A DNA stretch of 64,000 nt, taken from Eledone cirrhosa (lineage: Eukaryota). Made by a program: the position numbers and the translations under genes. How positions within the stretch are numbered: position 1 is the first letter of the stretch; every line of letters starts with the position of its first letter. Where the stretch lies: positions 27,962,001 to 28,026,000 of the forward strand of contig OZ024748.1 in NCBI GenBank assembly GCA_964016885.1, given 5' to 3'. Shown in pieces: positions 30,226 through 43,512 of the stretch. The notes beneath the pieces were generated by a model that searched no databases, was not told the DNA's origin, and saw only the letters and a list, made by a program, of their open reading frames with translations.

Positions 30226-30392
30226 ATTAATCACCTCATTTACACAGACAAGAAAACCATATATTCTCGCCTGTGTGTTCAAGTCCAGCAGTCGCAAGAG
30301 TGGGCAGGATGGTCCTGATGAGTACCAGTTAAGTTCGAAATGCATCGACGATTGACCACCTTCCTTCTGCTGGACACCACCAGAGGGCGATA
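30226..30392 (+). mobile_element. Short hammerhead-bearing repeat (copy 1), probable Penelope-like pLTR fragment
   Basis: Colinear homology with 33473-33634 (AATCACCT.ATTTACAC.GAC.AGAAAAC.ATATATTCTCG ... CACCACCAGA.GGCG). Confidence 0.75.
30308..30353 (+). ncRNA. Minimal type I hammerhead ribozyme, degenerate stems
   Basis: GAUGGUC-CUGAUGA-GUAC-CAGUUAA-GUUC-GAAA-UGCA-UC-GACGAUU. Core intact; one mismatch each in stems I and II. Confidence 0.7.
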
Positions 30393-30473
30393 TTCCCGAT
30401 GTTTTGCAAAGCTGAGGCTTTCTAAATGTTTATCTATAAACATATAGTATTTCTTTAGAAATACGAAATTACA

Positions 30474-30585
<112 letters not shown>

Positions 30586-30828
30586 TTGAGTAGTAGAAAA
30601 AGTTTGATGCTTCGGGCAATAGTATTTTGATAAGCGATTATTTATTCCTGTGGCTGCCATTTTGGCTTTATTAAGGCGCAAAACTGTAAAATGGCTGTCA
30701 GGTACCGCAAGTGTCATTGGCGAGAGGGCATAGTGACCTTATTTACAAACTAACATATGTGTATGTGTGCGAGTCAGTGTGTGTGTGTGTATGCTTGTGT
30801 GTGTCTGAGTACGGTTTATGGGCTTATA

Positions 30829-30877
<49 letters not shown>

Positions 30878-31618
30878 TGCGCGCCCGTGCGTAGGATCCC
30901 GATGTAAATTGGGAGGTGACCACAATAAAAAAAGATACTCAGTCACGACGCTATACGTATTGAGTTCTTTCCCCGCAACTCTTCAACAATTCACACACAC
31001 ACACACACACACACACTGTAATATACTTGTCAGACTATATCGATGTATTACTCCACCTTGCTACTCCAAAACAATTGTGTAATAGATATAAATAAATAAA
31101 TAAAAAGAAGAAAGATTAGGAAAGAAAAAAAAAGAAAGAATTAAGTGTAGAAAGGAAAAGAAGAATAAACGGGTTTTAGGGAGGAAAGAGAAATAGATAG
31201 AAAATAAATGAGGATTAGAAAGAGATGGAGAGACGGAAAGAAGAAAAACAAGCAAGGAATGTAGTAAAATATGAAAGAGTAAATGACATGAATGAAAATG
31301 AAAGAGGTATATGAATATAGAGTACGTTTAAAGTAAATTGGGGGTGTGGCGGGGAGAAAGAATACAATCTGAAACAAATAGAGATGAAAGAAAAAAACGA
31401 ATGAAAATAGAAGAAAATAAATAAAAAAAGAAAGAAAGATGAAGTGAAAATACTAGAAAGAGAAAGTGACGAATGACTGAACAAGCGAAAGAAAGTGTGA
31501 AAGAAGGAAGGAAAGTAAGGAAGAAAGAAAGGAGAAAGGATTGAGAGAAAAATAAAGATGGAAAATAAGTAGAAGAGTACAGAGGGAGAAAAATGGAAAA
31601 ATAAAAATAACAAAAACA

Positions 31619-31679
<61 letters not shown>

Positions 31680-31979
31680 AAATAAAAGAAGACAGAAGAG
31701 AAAGGGAACGAAATCGTTGCCAAAAATTTGAAAGGAAACAGATGACGTAGAAAAATAAAGTTTAAAGATGGATGAAGATAAATTGAGAAGAAAATTAGGA
31801 AGAAACTTCAGAAGAAAAAAAATGACAGCAATAAGATTAAGTACTACGACAGATAATAATAATATTATTAATAATAATAATATTAATAATAATAACAATA
31901 ATAGGCAGACAGACGGACAGATATATAGAGAGAGATGGATAGATAAATAGATAAATATATAGGATAGGTAAATAGATTG

Positions 31980-32011
<32 letters not shown>

Positions 32012-32643
32012 TGAGAGAGAGAGATAGGTAGGAAGATTGTAGATAGATAGATAGATAGATTTTTTAAAAAACCCAGACAAATCAAAGGAAAGTAGGATGA
32101 AAATATTGAAATTATTTCTATGAGAAGTAAAAGTAAATATCATTTTTCATCTTGATGTAATATTTTTTTTTCTCTCTTCTGCTCGAGTTAGCCTATCTGT
32201 CTGTTCAGAGTTTTCAAAAAAAAAAAAAAAAAAAAAAAACTTTCGTTTTAACTACGAAAGAAATTTGAAATGAAGGGAAACATTTGAAAAATCTGCTGCA
32301 GAAATTATTAAAGAATTTCAATGAAATCTTTGCAGAAAATTAATACACAACTTCTGCTATAAGAATCTTCAAGAATTGTTCCAATTCTTGTTGTGAATTT
32401 AAAAAAAATATATATAGAAGGACCGTTGTTAAGGATCAAAGTGGGAACAATTACATTTCAAATATTTTAGAGATGAATGTTGGGAAAATTGAAAATTCGA
32501 GCAAACTTTCAGCTGCCTTCGTTTAAATAACTATCTAAAGTTTGCAAAAGATTATGTACGTATACAGAAACACGTAAACAAAAACACTGTGTATGTGTAT
32601 ATGGTAATATGTGTCTACCTCTGTGAAAGCATATGTATATGTA

Positions 32644-32744
<101 letters not shown>

Positions 32745-33415
32745 TTATTTATATACAGTGACATGTACAGGTATTTAGGTTTCGTTGGGTTTAACCCAAC
32801 GAAACTTAAGTACCGCAAACCCTGCCATCCCACTCTTTAGTGGTGATTACTAACTTTAACGACCTCTGAATGACCGCGCCGATTTCGCGTGCGCGCGCCC
32901 GGTGGGAATATTGTTTGGCGTATTTCAATCAGTCTGACACAGACACTAGCTACAAATGGCCAAGTAGATTCTTTTCTGACAAATGTGAGTATGTGTGGGT
33001 GTGAGTGTGGGTGTGGTTGTGTGTGTGGGGGTCTACAGTTGCAGGCGCCGCGCCGTTCGAAGCATTCAATGCTGTTGGGAGGTCCATTTCGTGTTGGGTT
33101 GTATTCCAGAGTTATGGCGGCTGAAGTGTGCACAGTGCAAACGTAGTAAGCAGAACCGAAGTCAACGTTGTAGATTATGTAGAAACCTTTAGTTTGGATG
33201 TTTCTTTGCACATATAAATTTGCATATCTAGGAAGATGTCGAAGAAGAATCAGGCTCCGATCGATATTGAAACAATTGTAATATGCTGCAACAGTGACTT
33301 CGACTCTACTTACTATATATATATATATATATAGTGAAAAATTGAACGGGAACAAAACAGAGAGGCAGTACGAACAAAGGTTTATTAATTTCACGCTCTT
33401 GAGAGTGGGGTGGTG

Positions 33416-33472
<57 letters not shown>

Positions 33473-33477
<5 letters not shown>

Positions 33478-33634
33478 CACCTTATTTACACCGACGAGAA
33501 AACTATATATTCTCGACTGTTTTCAAGTCCAGCATTCTCAAGTGTGGGAGGGATCGTCCTGATGAGGACCAGTTAAGTCCGAAATGCATCGACGATTGTC
33601 CCCCTTGCTTCTGCTGAACACCACCAGAAGGCGT
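33473..33634 (+). mobile_element. Short hammerhead-bearing repeat (copy 2), directly after a (TA)n tract
   Basis: Homologous to 30226-30392. Confidence 0.75.
33552..33597 (+). ncRNA. Minimal type I hammerhead ribozyme with a complete consensus core
   Basis: Stem I GAUCGUC/GACGAUU; CUGAUGA (33559-33565); stem II GGAC/GUCC with a 7-nt loop; GAAA; palindromic AUGCAU stem III; C17 at 33590. Confidence 0.88.
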
Positions 33635-33842
33635 TAGCCAGTTTCTGTAGCAGTTCTTTTTTTGCAGTTACTTTTACCTGCTTTGCTTTTTCTGTGTTTT
33701 TCATTTCAGCAGTAAATGGAACTTCTGAAAATTGTAGTTCATTACTGCATCTTTGTGCATCTTTTGTAATGGAGTATGATCTTTTAATGCTTTCAGGTTT
33801 CAAAACGAGTTTGATTATCCAATCATGTGATTCCTATTATTA

Positions 33843-34060
33843 GTGGATTGGCAGTATTGGTAGAGGGTCGGGCGCTATGCTTTGAAGCATAGAGTTACCT
33901 CCCTTTATAATCTGAGTTCAAATCCCGCCGAGGTTAACTTTGCCTTTCATCCCTGCGGGGTCGATAAAATAAAGTACCAGTAATGCACTGGGATAATTGC
34001 TGGCCTTGTGCCAAACGTAGAAACAATTATTATTATTATTATTATTATTATTGTTGTTAT
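33843..34060 (+). mobile_element. Near full-length tRNA-derived SINE with (ATT)n tail
   Basis: Box A-like TGGCAGTATTGG (33849-33860), box B GAGTTCAAATCCC (33914-33926), (ATT)n tail, and several other copies in the window. Confidence 0.9.
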
Positions 34061-34525
34061 TCCTTGAATCTCAGTCATTGATGTTGGTTAACTGGAAAGT
34101 CCGTTGGATTGAATATCAAGCCACTACCTGCAGCCTCAGATATTCAGGACGTATTATTATTATTATTATTATTATTATTACACTCTACTTAGTACTACAC
34201 CTCAATAGTTACTGGACGTCATAATCCATATACATATATATACACCACTGTATCATAGACACCCTATATATTTCCAGGGTTACTTAGTACCTGTGGGGAT
34301 ATTAATTTCCTTTTATATATTCTCCGTTATGTTGAGAACAAATCTGTTGTTTTATTTAGCTGCTATTTTTAGTGGCGTGATAGATAACACGTCTATGTTT
34401 ACTTCCTGCTTCTACTAAGGGCTGGTTCATGCATAGGTCAACTTTACGGCCTTATTCGATCCTTTGCTAGCTGGCAGGTGGCAATATATTGCCGTTCTTG
34501 GGACTTCTGTCCTAGGAAAAGAAAA

Positions 34526-34607
34526 TGCTCTCTGATGATCCGAACATTTCTATTGGAGATCCCTAGGATCTCTAATCTTTTGTAAGGTGAAACCATCGGT
34601 AAAAGCA
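34526..34607 (+). ncRNA. Candidate hammerhead ribozyme with elongated stem II
   Basis: UGCUCU-CUGAUGA-[50 nt including hairpin AUUGGAGAUCC/GGAUCUCUAAU]-GAA-ACC-AUC-GGU-A-AAAGCA. Stem I has 5 of 6 pairs; the base of stem II is a U.U mismatch. Confidence 0.45.
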
Positions 34608-34688
34608 AATGGATTAGGTGAATATTTAAATTATATTTTTTAATTTATTTTAAGAAGTTGTTTGAATTTTACTTGCTCCGCTTATCTC

Positions 34689-35050
<362 letters not shown>

Positions 35051-36069
35051 AAGAAAATGAGTTGTTTTTTTAATTAAAAAAAAAAGAGATGTCCTACACG
35101 GGTGAACGTATAAGTAAAAGAAATCGAAAATGCAACTGGAATCCTTTTAAGAATATTCATTTATTTATTTTATCGGTTTCACAGTTCTTATGCTTTTCAA
35201 AAGTAGAATTGAGATGGAGGGTTTGTGGTTTGTCTCGCATCTGATTCGTGTTCGAAAGTTCTTTCTATTTTATGTGGAAAGAGTGGCTCGAATTACTAGG
35301 GATTTTTTTAAAGTAACTTGGCTGGTTGATGAATGTCACGTGAATAAGTACAATAAATTTCGCTCCAGTTCGTGTCCTATTTGCCTTAAAAAACGTGGCT
35401 CAAATTGTTGTTTTTTTATAAGTGTAATTTAGTTGGTTGATGACTGTCACGAGAATAAGTACATCAAATTTCGCGCCAGTTCGTGTTTGAGGGTTCTATA
35501 TTGCCATTTTCACGGTCACAATATAGGTGCCAGAAAAGGATGGTTTGTCATAGAACATATTATGCCAAACAAAAGATAATGGTCAAGAAATGGGAGGGGG
35601 AGAAATAGTCCTGGTTCAGTGAGTATGGCTGATGTGCTGAGGTGTCAAAATTCAGACTTTCTATTGAAATAAATTGAAGGTTTGTGTCGATAGTGGTGGC
35701 AGTTAGAAAAGAAAATATACTTTTTTATTTGTGCGTGTGTGTGTAGCAAAGCGGTTTATCATCTTGATCATAGAAGTAAAAATGATTCCATTAGTAGAAA
35801 TGGAGAAAGATGTGTGTGTATGTGTGTATGTGTACGTGGAGCGGGGTGCCGTTAGCATGTTAAGGTGTTAAAATATTAACTTTCGAACACGAACCAGATG
35901 CGAGACAAATCACACCCTCCATCTCATATATACTTTTGAAAAGCATAAGAACTGTGAAACCGGTAAAGGAAATAAATAAATATTCTTGAAAAGACACCAG
36001 TTGCATTTTCGATTTATTTTCCTTACATATGTGTGCGCGCGCGCGCGCGTCGTGTGTGTGTGTGTGTGT

Positions 36070-37102
36070 AGAATAAAAGAGAAAACACAGGTAAGCATTA
36101 AAAAAAGGATTTTATCCAGGTATTTACGACCGTTTCATTGGTAAGCGCAACCTTATATCGCTATACTGCAAATAGCAGCCACTAGATAATAACTGTTATT
36201 CACCTCCAAATTTTCAAAATAATGAATAAGTTACTTGTAAAAGGTTCTTAATATATAAAGACATTTTTTTGGAATCGTATTTACTAGTATAGAGAGAGAG
36301 GGGAAGGGGGGAGAAGAATTAGGAAGTAGAGGGACACACGGAGATGGAGGGAGGGGTAAAGATGGAAGGATTCCTCGATCAGTTTTGATTCGTAGACTTG
36401 ATGTCATCAATTTACAGTGTAGGGAGTTAAAGAGAATTAAATTGTTTATAGTGGGAGGGAGAGAGAGAGAGAGATAGAGATAGATAGATAGAGGGGGACA
36501 GAGATGGGGAGAGATAGAGAGATAAATATATATATAAAAAGGGGGAAGAGGAAAAGAGAAGAAAAGAAAAGAGAACAAAAAAAGGGAGAGAAGAAAAGAA
36601 GAAAACGAAAAAAGAGAAAAGGAATGAAGGAGGAGAGAGGGACATAAGTATTGGTTATTGTAGGTAATTAAAGGGGTTAGATTCAATAAGAGAGTAGAAA
36701 GTCTAAGTATATGCAGTTTAAGGGTTCGATTTGCACTTGTAGTGCGAACATTTTTCTTTAAGTTTAAGGGTTTCTAAGAATAAGTTACTCAACAATAAAA
36801 TCGAAAGATCAATTTATTGCAACCTTAGACTTATAGAAAAATGTTCGCACTACAAGTGCAAATCGAACCCTTAAACTGCATATACTTAGACTTTCTACTC
36901 TCTTATTGAATCTAACCCCTTTAATTACCTACAATAACCAATACTTATGTCCCTCTCTCCTCCTTCATTCCTTTTCTCTTTTTTCGTTTTCTTCTTTTCT
37001 TCTCTCCCTTTTTTTGTTCTCTTTTCTTTTCTTCTCTTTTCCTCTTCCCCCTTTTTATATATATATTTATCTCTCTATCTCTCCCCATCTCTGTCCCCCT
37101 CT

Positions 37103-37139
<37 letters not shown>

Positions 37140-37527
37140 CCTCCCACTATAAACAATTTAATTCTCTTTAACTCCCTACACTGTAAATTGATGACATCAA
37201 GTCTACGAATCAAAACTGATCGAGGAATCCTTCCATCTTTACCCCTCCCTCCATCTCCGTGTGTCCCTCTACTTCCTAATTCTTCTCCCCCTTCCCCTCT
37301 CTCTCTATACTAGTAAATACGATTCCAAAAAAATGTCTTTTTATATTAAGAACCTTTTACAAGTAACTTATTCATTATTTTGAAAATTTGGAGGTGAATA
37401 ACAGTTATTATCTAGTGGCTGCTATTTGCAGTATAGCGAAATAAGGTTGCGCTTACCAATGAAACGGTCGTAAATACCTGGATAAAATCCTTTTTTTAAT
37501 GCTTACCTGTGTTTTCTCTTTTATTCT
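36070..37527. repeat. Long near-perfect inverted repeat: arms 36070-36757 and 36835-37527
   Basis: The arms are reverse complements. The ORF track shows mirror-image peptides (36231..36686 minus, 36906..37313 plus). By eye the arms differ by about two substitutions and one 6-bp microsatellite indel. Confidence 0.97.
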
Positions 37528-37574
37528 TTATACTCCAAGATTGAACGTGATTTACTAACCACATTCTTACTAAC

Positions 37575-37627
37575 TTGTAGAGTTACCGCTAACCGTACGT
37601 TGTAGAGTTACCGCTAACCGTACGTTG
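37575..37627. repeat. 25-bp tandem duplication TTGTAGAGTTACCGCTAACCGTACG x2
   Basis: Copies start at 37575 and 37600. Confidence 0.9.
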
Positions 37628-37689
37628 GAAACCGTCCAAGAAACTGGCCACGAACTGGATTACAATAAGCAATTTTCTGCTTTCCTAAC

Positions 37690-37787
<98 letters not shown>

Positions 37788-37938
37788 ACTTTCCTGGTGA
37801 TTTCTTACGAATGTTGAAATCATTTCTATAATAAAATTAACGACGCCAGTACTCTACTTACGTATTGAATACCTTTTTTTAACTGTGGTCACCTTCCAAC
37901 ATATATCAGGGCTCCATCTATATAGATATAAACCCCGA

Positions 37939-38172
37939 ACAGTTTTACAGGCTAAACCAAGACCCCGAGCAAGATAGTTGTATGAGCTCGGTTGGTGTTT
38001 CTTGGGGATCCAGTCGTATATATTAGAGACGGTTGCGTCTGACAGGACCCGCTGGAAGGATTGTTCGAGGATTCTGTCCGCACGACCCTCACGGGAATAA
38101 GTGGGCGAAACAAAGAAGAAAAAGAAAAAGAAAAAGAAAAAGAAAAAGAAAAAGAAAAAAGAGAAGAAGAAG
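37939..38172 (+). mobile_element. 3' end of a second RTE copy with a (GAAAAA)n/(GAA)n tail
   Basis: AGACCCCGAGCAAGAT...GGGATCCAG...GAGACGGTTGC...TCTGTCC aligns with the reverse complement of 23840-24035. Confidence 0.85.
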
Positions 38173-38543
38173 ATAGGTTAGCCCAATAGTTTGTTACTCT
38201 AGAGTTTCTCCAGCGATTGGTCAGTTCATCGAGCAAGGAACTAAATGTTAAGGAAGAACCTATCGTTGTGACGTTAGATAAATGGAGACATAGGATTGGC
38301 TAAACTCACACTGACGAAAGTTGCTAACTCTTCCTTCACCCCCTCCATTTTGTCGTGTGTCTTTCTCCGTTGACCTCAAGCAAAGGTCAGCTTTTGCTTT
38401 CAGCCAATCGGATGTCCCCGTCCATGTGACGTCACAGCGACACGTTATTTCTGAACGTCCAGTTGTTGTCCTGTCCAAGGAACTGACCACACGTCCGGGA
38501 ATATCTATCTCTAGAATCACTGGATCAGTCTATACACATACAC

Positions 38544-38606
<63 letters not shown>

Positions 38607-38741
38607 TATATATATCTGTGAGTGTGTTTATGGTGTGTGTTGAGAAAGAGATATAGTAAGGTTGTTAGATAAAGGCAGAGAGATAGAGAATATATATACA
38701 CGTGCATATATATACGCACAGATATATATTTACATACACAC

Positions 38742-38782
<41 letters not shown>

Positions 38783-38964
38783 GAGGGAGAGAGAGACAGT
38801 GAGAGAGAGAAAGACAGTGAGAGAGAGAGGGGGGGGAGCATAATAGATACATCAATCAGTAAACAAACATTCGAAATATATAAATCAATTGCTGAGCTTC
38901 CATAATCAAATAAGACCATGGTTGGATAACTTATTGACCCAACTGAACTGTGTAAGGGAGGTAG

Positions 38965-39335
38965 GGGTGACGATGGTGGTGGCGGTGGTGGTGGTGTGTA
39001 GGAGGAGGTGGTGGTGGTGGTGGTGTGGAGGTGGTGGTGGTGTGTAGAAGGAGGTGGTGGTGGAGGAGGTGATGGTGTGGAGGAGGAGGTGGTGGTAGAG
39101 GTAGTGGTGGTGGTGGTGTGTAGGAGGAGGTGGTGGGGTGGATGTATTGGTGGTGGTGGTGGTGGAGGTATTGGTGGTGGTGGTGGAGGTGGTGGTGGTG
39201 GTGTGTAGGAGGCGGTGGTGGTGGTGGTGGTGGTGGTAGAAGTATTGGTGGTGATGGTGGAGGTATTGGTGGTGGTGGTGAAGGTATTGGTGGTGGTGGT
39301 GGTGATGGTGGTAGAGGAGGAGGAGGAGGAGGGTG
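38965..39335. repeat. (GGT/GGA)n low-complexity tract
   Basis: Direct inspection. Confidence 0.92.
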
Positions 39336-39743
39336 AGAGAGGCAAGTAAATAGGAATACCATATTACTGCTGCTACTGCTATTGTTAATGATGATGATGA
39401 AGGTGGTAGTAGCGGTGTAGATAGTGGTGGTGGTAGTGATAATGCTGATGATGATGATGATATACCTGGGTGTGGAGGTGGAGATGGAGGTGTGTGGCTT
39501 AGTAGCTGGATGTGGTGATTGTTTTAGTGGTAACGATGGTTTGGTGTAGATGGTGGCTTTTACTGGCGTGGTGGTGGTGAAGGGGCTGGGTGGCATAGCT
39601 AGGGTGGGTGGTGTTGGTGGTGTCATTGGTAGTGGCTTTCTTTTATTATTAGCTCCCCCCTCTCTCTACACACACACACTCCACATGTCCCAACATTGAC
39701 AACACTGACTCTTACTTTCTCGAATTACACACACACACAAACA

Positions 39744-39811
<68 letters not shown>

Positions 39812-39820
39812 AACACACAT

Positions 39821-39858
<38 letters not shown>

Positions 39859-40025
39859 ACCCACACATAAACATACATTCACACATATGTATCTATAAAT
39901 GGATTTGGATAGATGTTTTTATGCATACATGCGCCTCTATCTATCTATCTATCTATCTACCTATCTATCAATCTACCTATCTATCAATCTACCTATCTAT
40001 CTATCTACCTTATCTATCTATCTAT

Positions 40026-40385
40026 GAGTCTACTTCTTCCGATATCAATTCGGAAGAAGGATAAGAATGGAGAGAGAGGTGCTTGGCCACAGGGTAGTTT
40101 TATGAAAAGTGGGTGATAGTGGCGAGAATAGCTCGTGTAAATGGGCCTTCTCTGTATACCATCCTGTAGGTAAAGAAGTGAAGGAGAGGGGAGCACCTTC
40201 TCCATGTGCTCCCCGGGCAAAGGATTGCACACTTTTTCGGGGGTGTGTGCAACCCCCATCACGTCCCCTCCCTTTTGAGGTTGTTTTCGATTATTTTCAT
40301 TTTATACCCTATTTACTCGATTGTATGTAAACTCCCCCTTTGTATTTGTCCCTTCTTTTTATGCCTTTATGGTAAATAAAGAAAT
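40026..40385 (+). mobile_element. 3' end of a Tx1/L1-type LINE embedded in (ATCT)n
   Basis: Encodes YFFRYQFGRRIRMEREVL / FYEKWVIVARIARVNGPSLYTIL*, homologous to the reverse complement of 60475-60620. The 3' UTR ends in AATAAA, and (ATCT)n lies on both sides. Confidence 0.75.
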
Positions 40386-40433
40386 CTATCTATCTATCTA
40401 TCTATCTATCAATATGTATATATATTCACCTTC

Positions 40434-42268
40434 ACACCACCACCATACCAGCATACCCCCACACCACTACACCACCATACCACCGACCACCACACCACCA
40501 TACCACCATACCACCATACCACCGACCACATCACCACCATACCAGCATACCACCACACCACTACACCACCATACCACCGACCACCACACCACCATGCCAC
40601 CATACCACCATACCACCGACCACATCACCACCATACCAGCATACCACCACACCACTACACCACCATACCACCGACCACCACACCACCATACCACCATACC
40701 ACCATACCACCGACCACCACACCACCATACCAGCATACCACCACACCACTACACCATCATACCACCATACCACCATACCACCAAACGACAACAACACCAT
40801 ACCACCATACCACCACACCACTACACCACCATACCACCGACCACCACACCACCATACCACCATACCACCATACCACCGACCACATCACCACCATACCAGC
40901 ATACCACCACACCACTACACCACCATACCACCGACCACCACACCACCATACCACCGACCACCACACCACCATACCAGCATACCACCACACCACTACACCA
41001 TCATACCACCATACCACCATACCACCGACCACATCACCATACCAGCATACCACCACACCACTACACCACCATACCACCGACCACCACACCACCATACCAC
41101 CATACCACCACACCACCATACCACCATACCACCATACCACCGACCACCACACCACCATACCAGCATACCATCATACCACCACACTACCAGACCACCATAC
41201 CACCATACCATCAGACGACAACAACATCATACCACCATACCACCATACCACCACACCACCATACCACCATACCACCATACCACCACACCACCATACCACC
41301 ACACCACTATACCACTATACCGCCATATCACTATACCACCATACCATCAGACGACAACAACATCATACCACCATACCACCATACACCACACGACCGTACC
41401 ACCATACCACCATACCACCACACCACCATACCACCACACCACTATACCACTATACCACCATACCACCATACCACCTCACCACCATATCACCATACCACCA
41501 CACCACCATACCACCACACCACCATACCACCACACCCAAACACCAGCATACCACCACATCACCATACCACTAAACCTCCATACCACCATACCAACACACC
41601 ACCGTACCACCGCACTACCAGACCGCCATACCACCACCACACCACCATACCACCATACCACCACCACACCATACCACCATACCACCACCACACCATACCA
41701 CCACACCACCATACCACCACACCACCATACTACCACACCACCATACCACCACATCAACATACCACCACACCACCATACGACCAAACCACCAACCACTATT
41801 CCATCACACCACCATGCCACCATTTCACCACACAACCATACCACCATACCACCACACCACCATACCACAATACCACGATACCACCACCACACCACACCAC
41901 CATACCACCATACCACCACCACACCACCATACCACCTCACCATACCACCACACCACCATACCACCACAACACCACATCATACCACCATACCACCGCACCA
42001 CCATACCACCACAACACCACATCACCATACCACCATACCACCACACCACCATACCACCACACCACCATACCACCACCACACCACCATACCTCCATACCAC
42101 CATACCACCACACCACCATACCACCACACCACCATACCACCATACCACCATACCTCCATACCACCATACCACCACACCACCATACCACCACACCACCATA
42201 CCACCATACCACCATACCACCACCCCACCATACCACCATACAACCACACCACCACACCATACCACCAT
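40434..42268. repeat. Complex (CACCATAC)n-based tandem array
   Basis: Recurring CCATACCA / CACACCAC units; the 658-aa ORF is a translation of the repeat. Confidence 0.92.
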
Positions 42269-42345
42269 TACTGTTTCTACAAAAAGTACTACCATAAATT
42301 TTACCACGTTTACCAATAATTACCACCTCCAAATCCTCCGACAGC

Positions 42346-43030
42346 ACCACCACCAATACCACGACCATCACAACTACCACCACCACCATCACAACTACCA
42401 CCACCACCATAACTACCACCACCACCATCACAACTACCACCACCACCACAACTACCACTATCACCATCACAACTACCACCACCACCACCACCACCACAAC
42501 CACCACCACCACCACCACAACTACCACCTCCACCACCATCACAACTACCACCACCACCATAACTACCACCACCACCATCACAACTACTACCACCACCACA
42601 ACTACCACCACCACCACCACCATCACAACTACCACCACCACCACCACAACCACCACCACCATCACAACTACCACCACCACCACAACTACCACTATCACCA
42701 TCACAACTACCACCACCAGCACCACAATCACCACCACCACCATCACAACTACCACCACCACTACAACTACCAACACCACCATCACAACTACCACCACCAC
42801 CACCACCACCACAACCACCACCACCACCATCACAACTACCACCACCACCATAACTACCACCACCACCATCACAACTACCACCACCACCACAACTACCACC
42901 ACCACCACCATCACAACTACCACCACCACCACCATCACAACTACCACCACCACCACCACCACCACCACAACTACCACCACCACAACCACAACCACCACAA
43001 CCACCACCACCACCATCACAACTACCACCT
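42346..43030. repeat. (CAC)n interrupted by CACAACTAC
   Basis: Direct inspection. Confidence 0.92.
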
Positions 43031-43440
43031 ACACACCACTATAAACACCACAATCATTACCATCTCCTCCATCAACATCCCTATTGTAAAAGATCAGCCA
43101 GCCACCCCACCATTTTCACTGCTACCACTGTCACATTAGATAAATATACAACCCCCACCGCTACTATTACCGTCACCACCACCACACCACCATCCCCTCT
43201 ATCACTGCATTAACTAAATCCATACGCCCCGCCCCTACACCACTACCAATAATCCACAACTATCATCCCTACCATTACTAAAACTCTACTACCACCACCA
43301 CCACCACCACCACCATCACCACCACCACCACCACCGCCACCATCAACCACTACAACTATCACCACCACCACCACCACCACCGCTATCATCAACCACCACC
43401 AACACTCATTAGTATCATCATCATCATCATCATCACAACC

Positions 43441-43472
<32 letters not shown>

Positions 43473-43512
43473 CAACAAATACTTCCATAATACCCGCACC
43501 GCCGCAACCACT

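Noticed and set aside
33573-33803. 76-aa minus-strand ORF as a host exon or TE protein
   Set aside because: No recognisable motif; it overlaps the hammerhead repeat and lacks clear splice context.
33849-33926. tRNA gene
   Set aside because: A/B boxes are present but there is no cloverleaf; it is the head of a multi-copy SINE.
36231-37313. Mirror-image 151-aa and 135-aa ORFs as duplicated genes
   Set aside because: They arise from the palindrome arms and are low-complexity F/L/S translations.
38246-38525. Promoter- or LTR-like segment with CCAAT boxes and a TGTGACGTCACA palindrome
   Set aside because: No LTR end, PBS, TSD or downstream gene; short motifs alone are insufficient.
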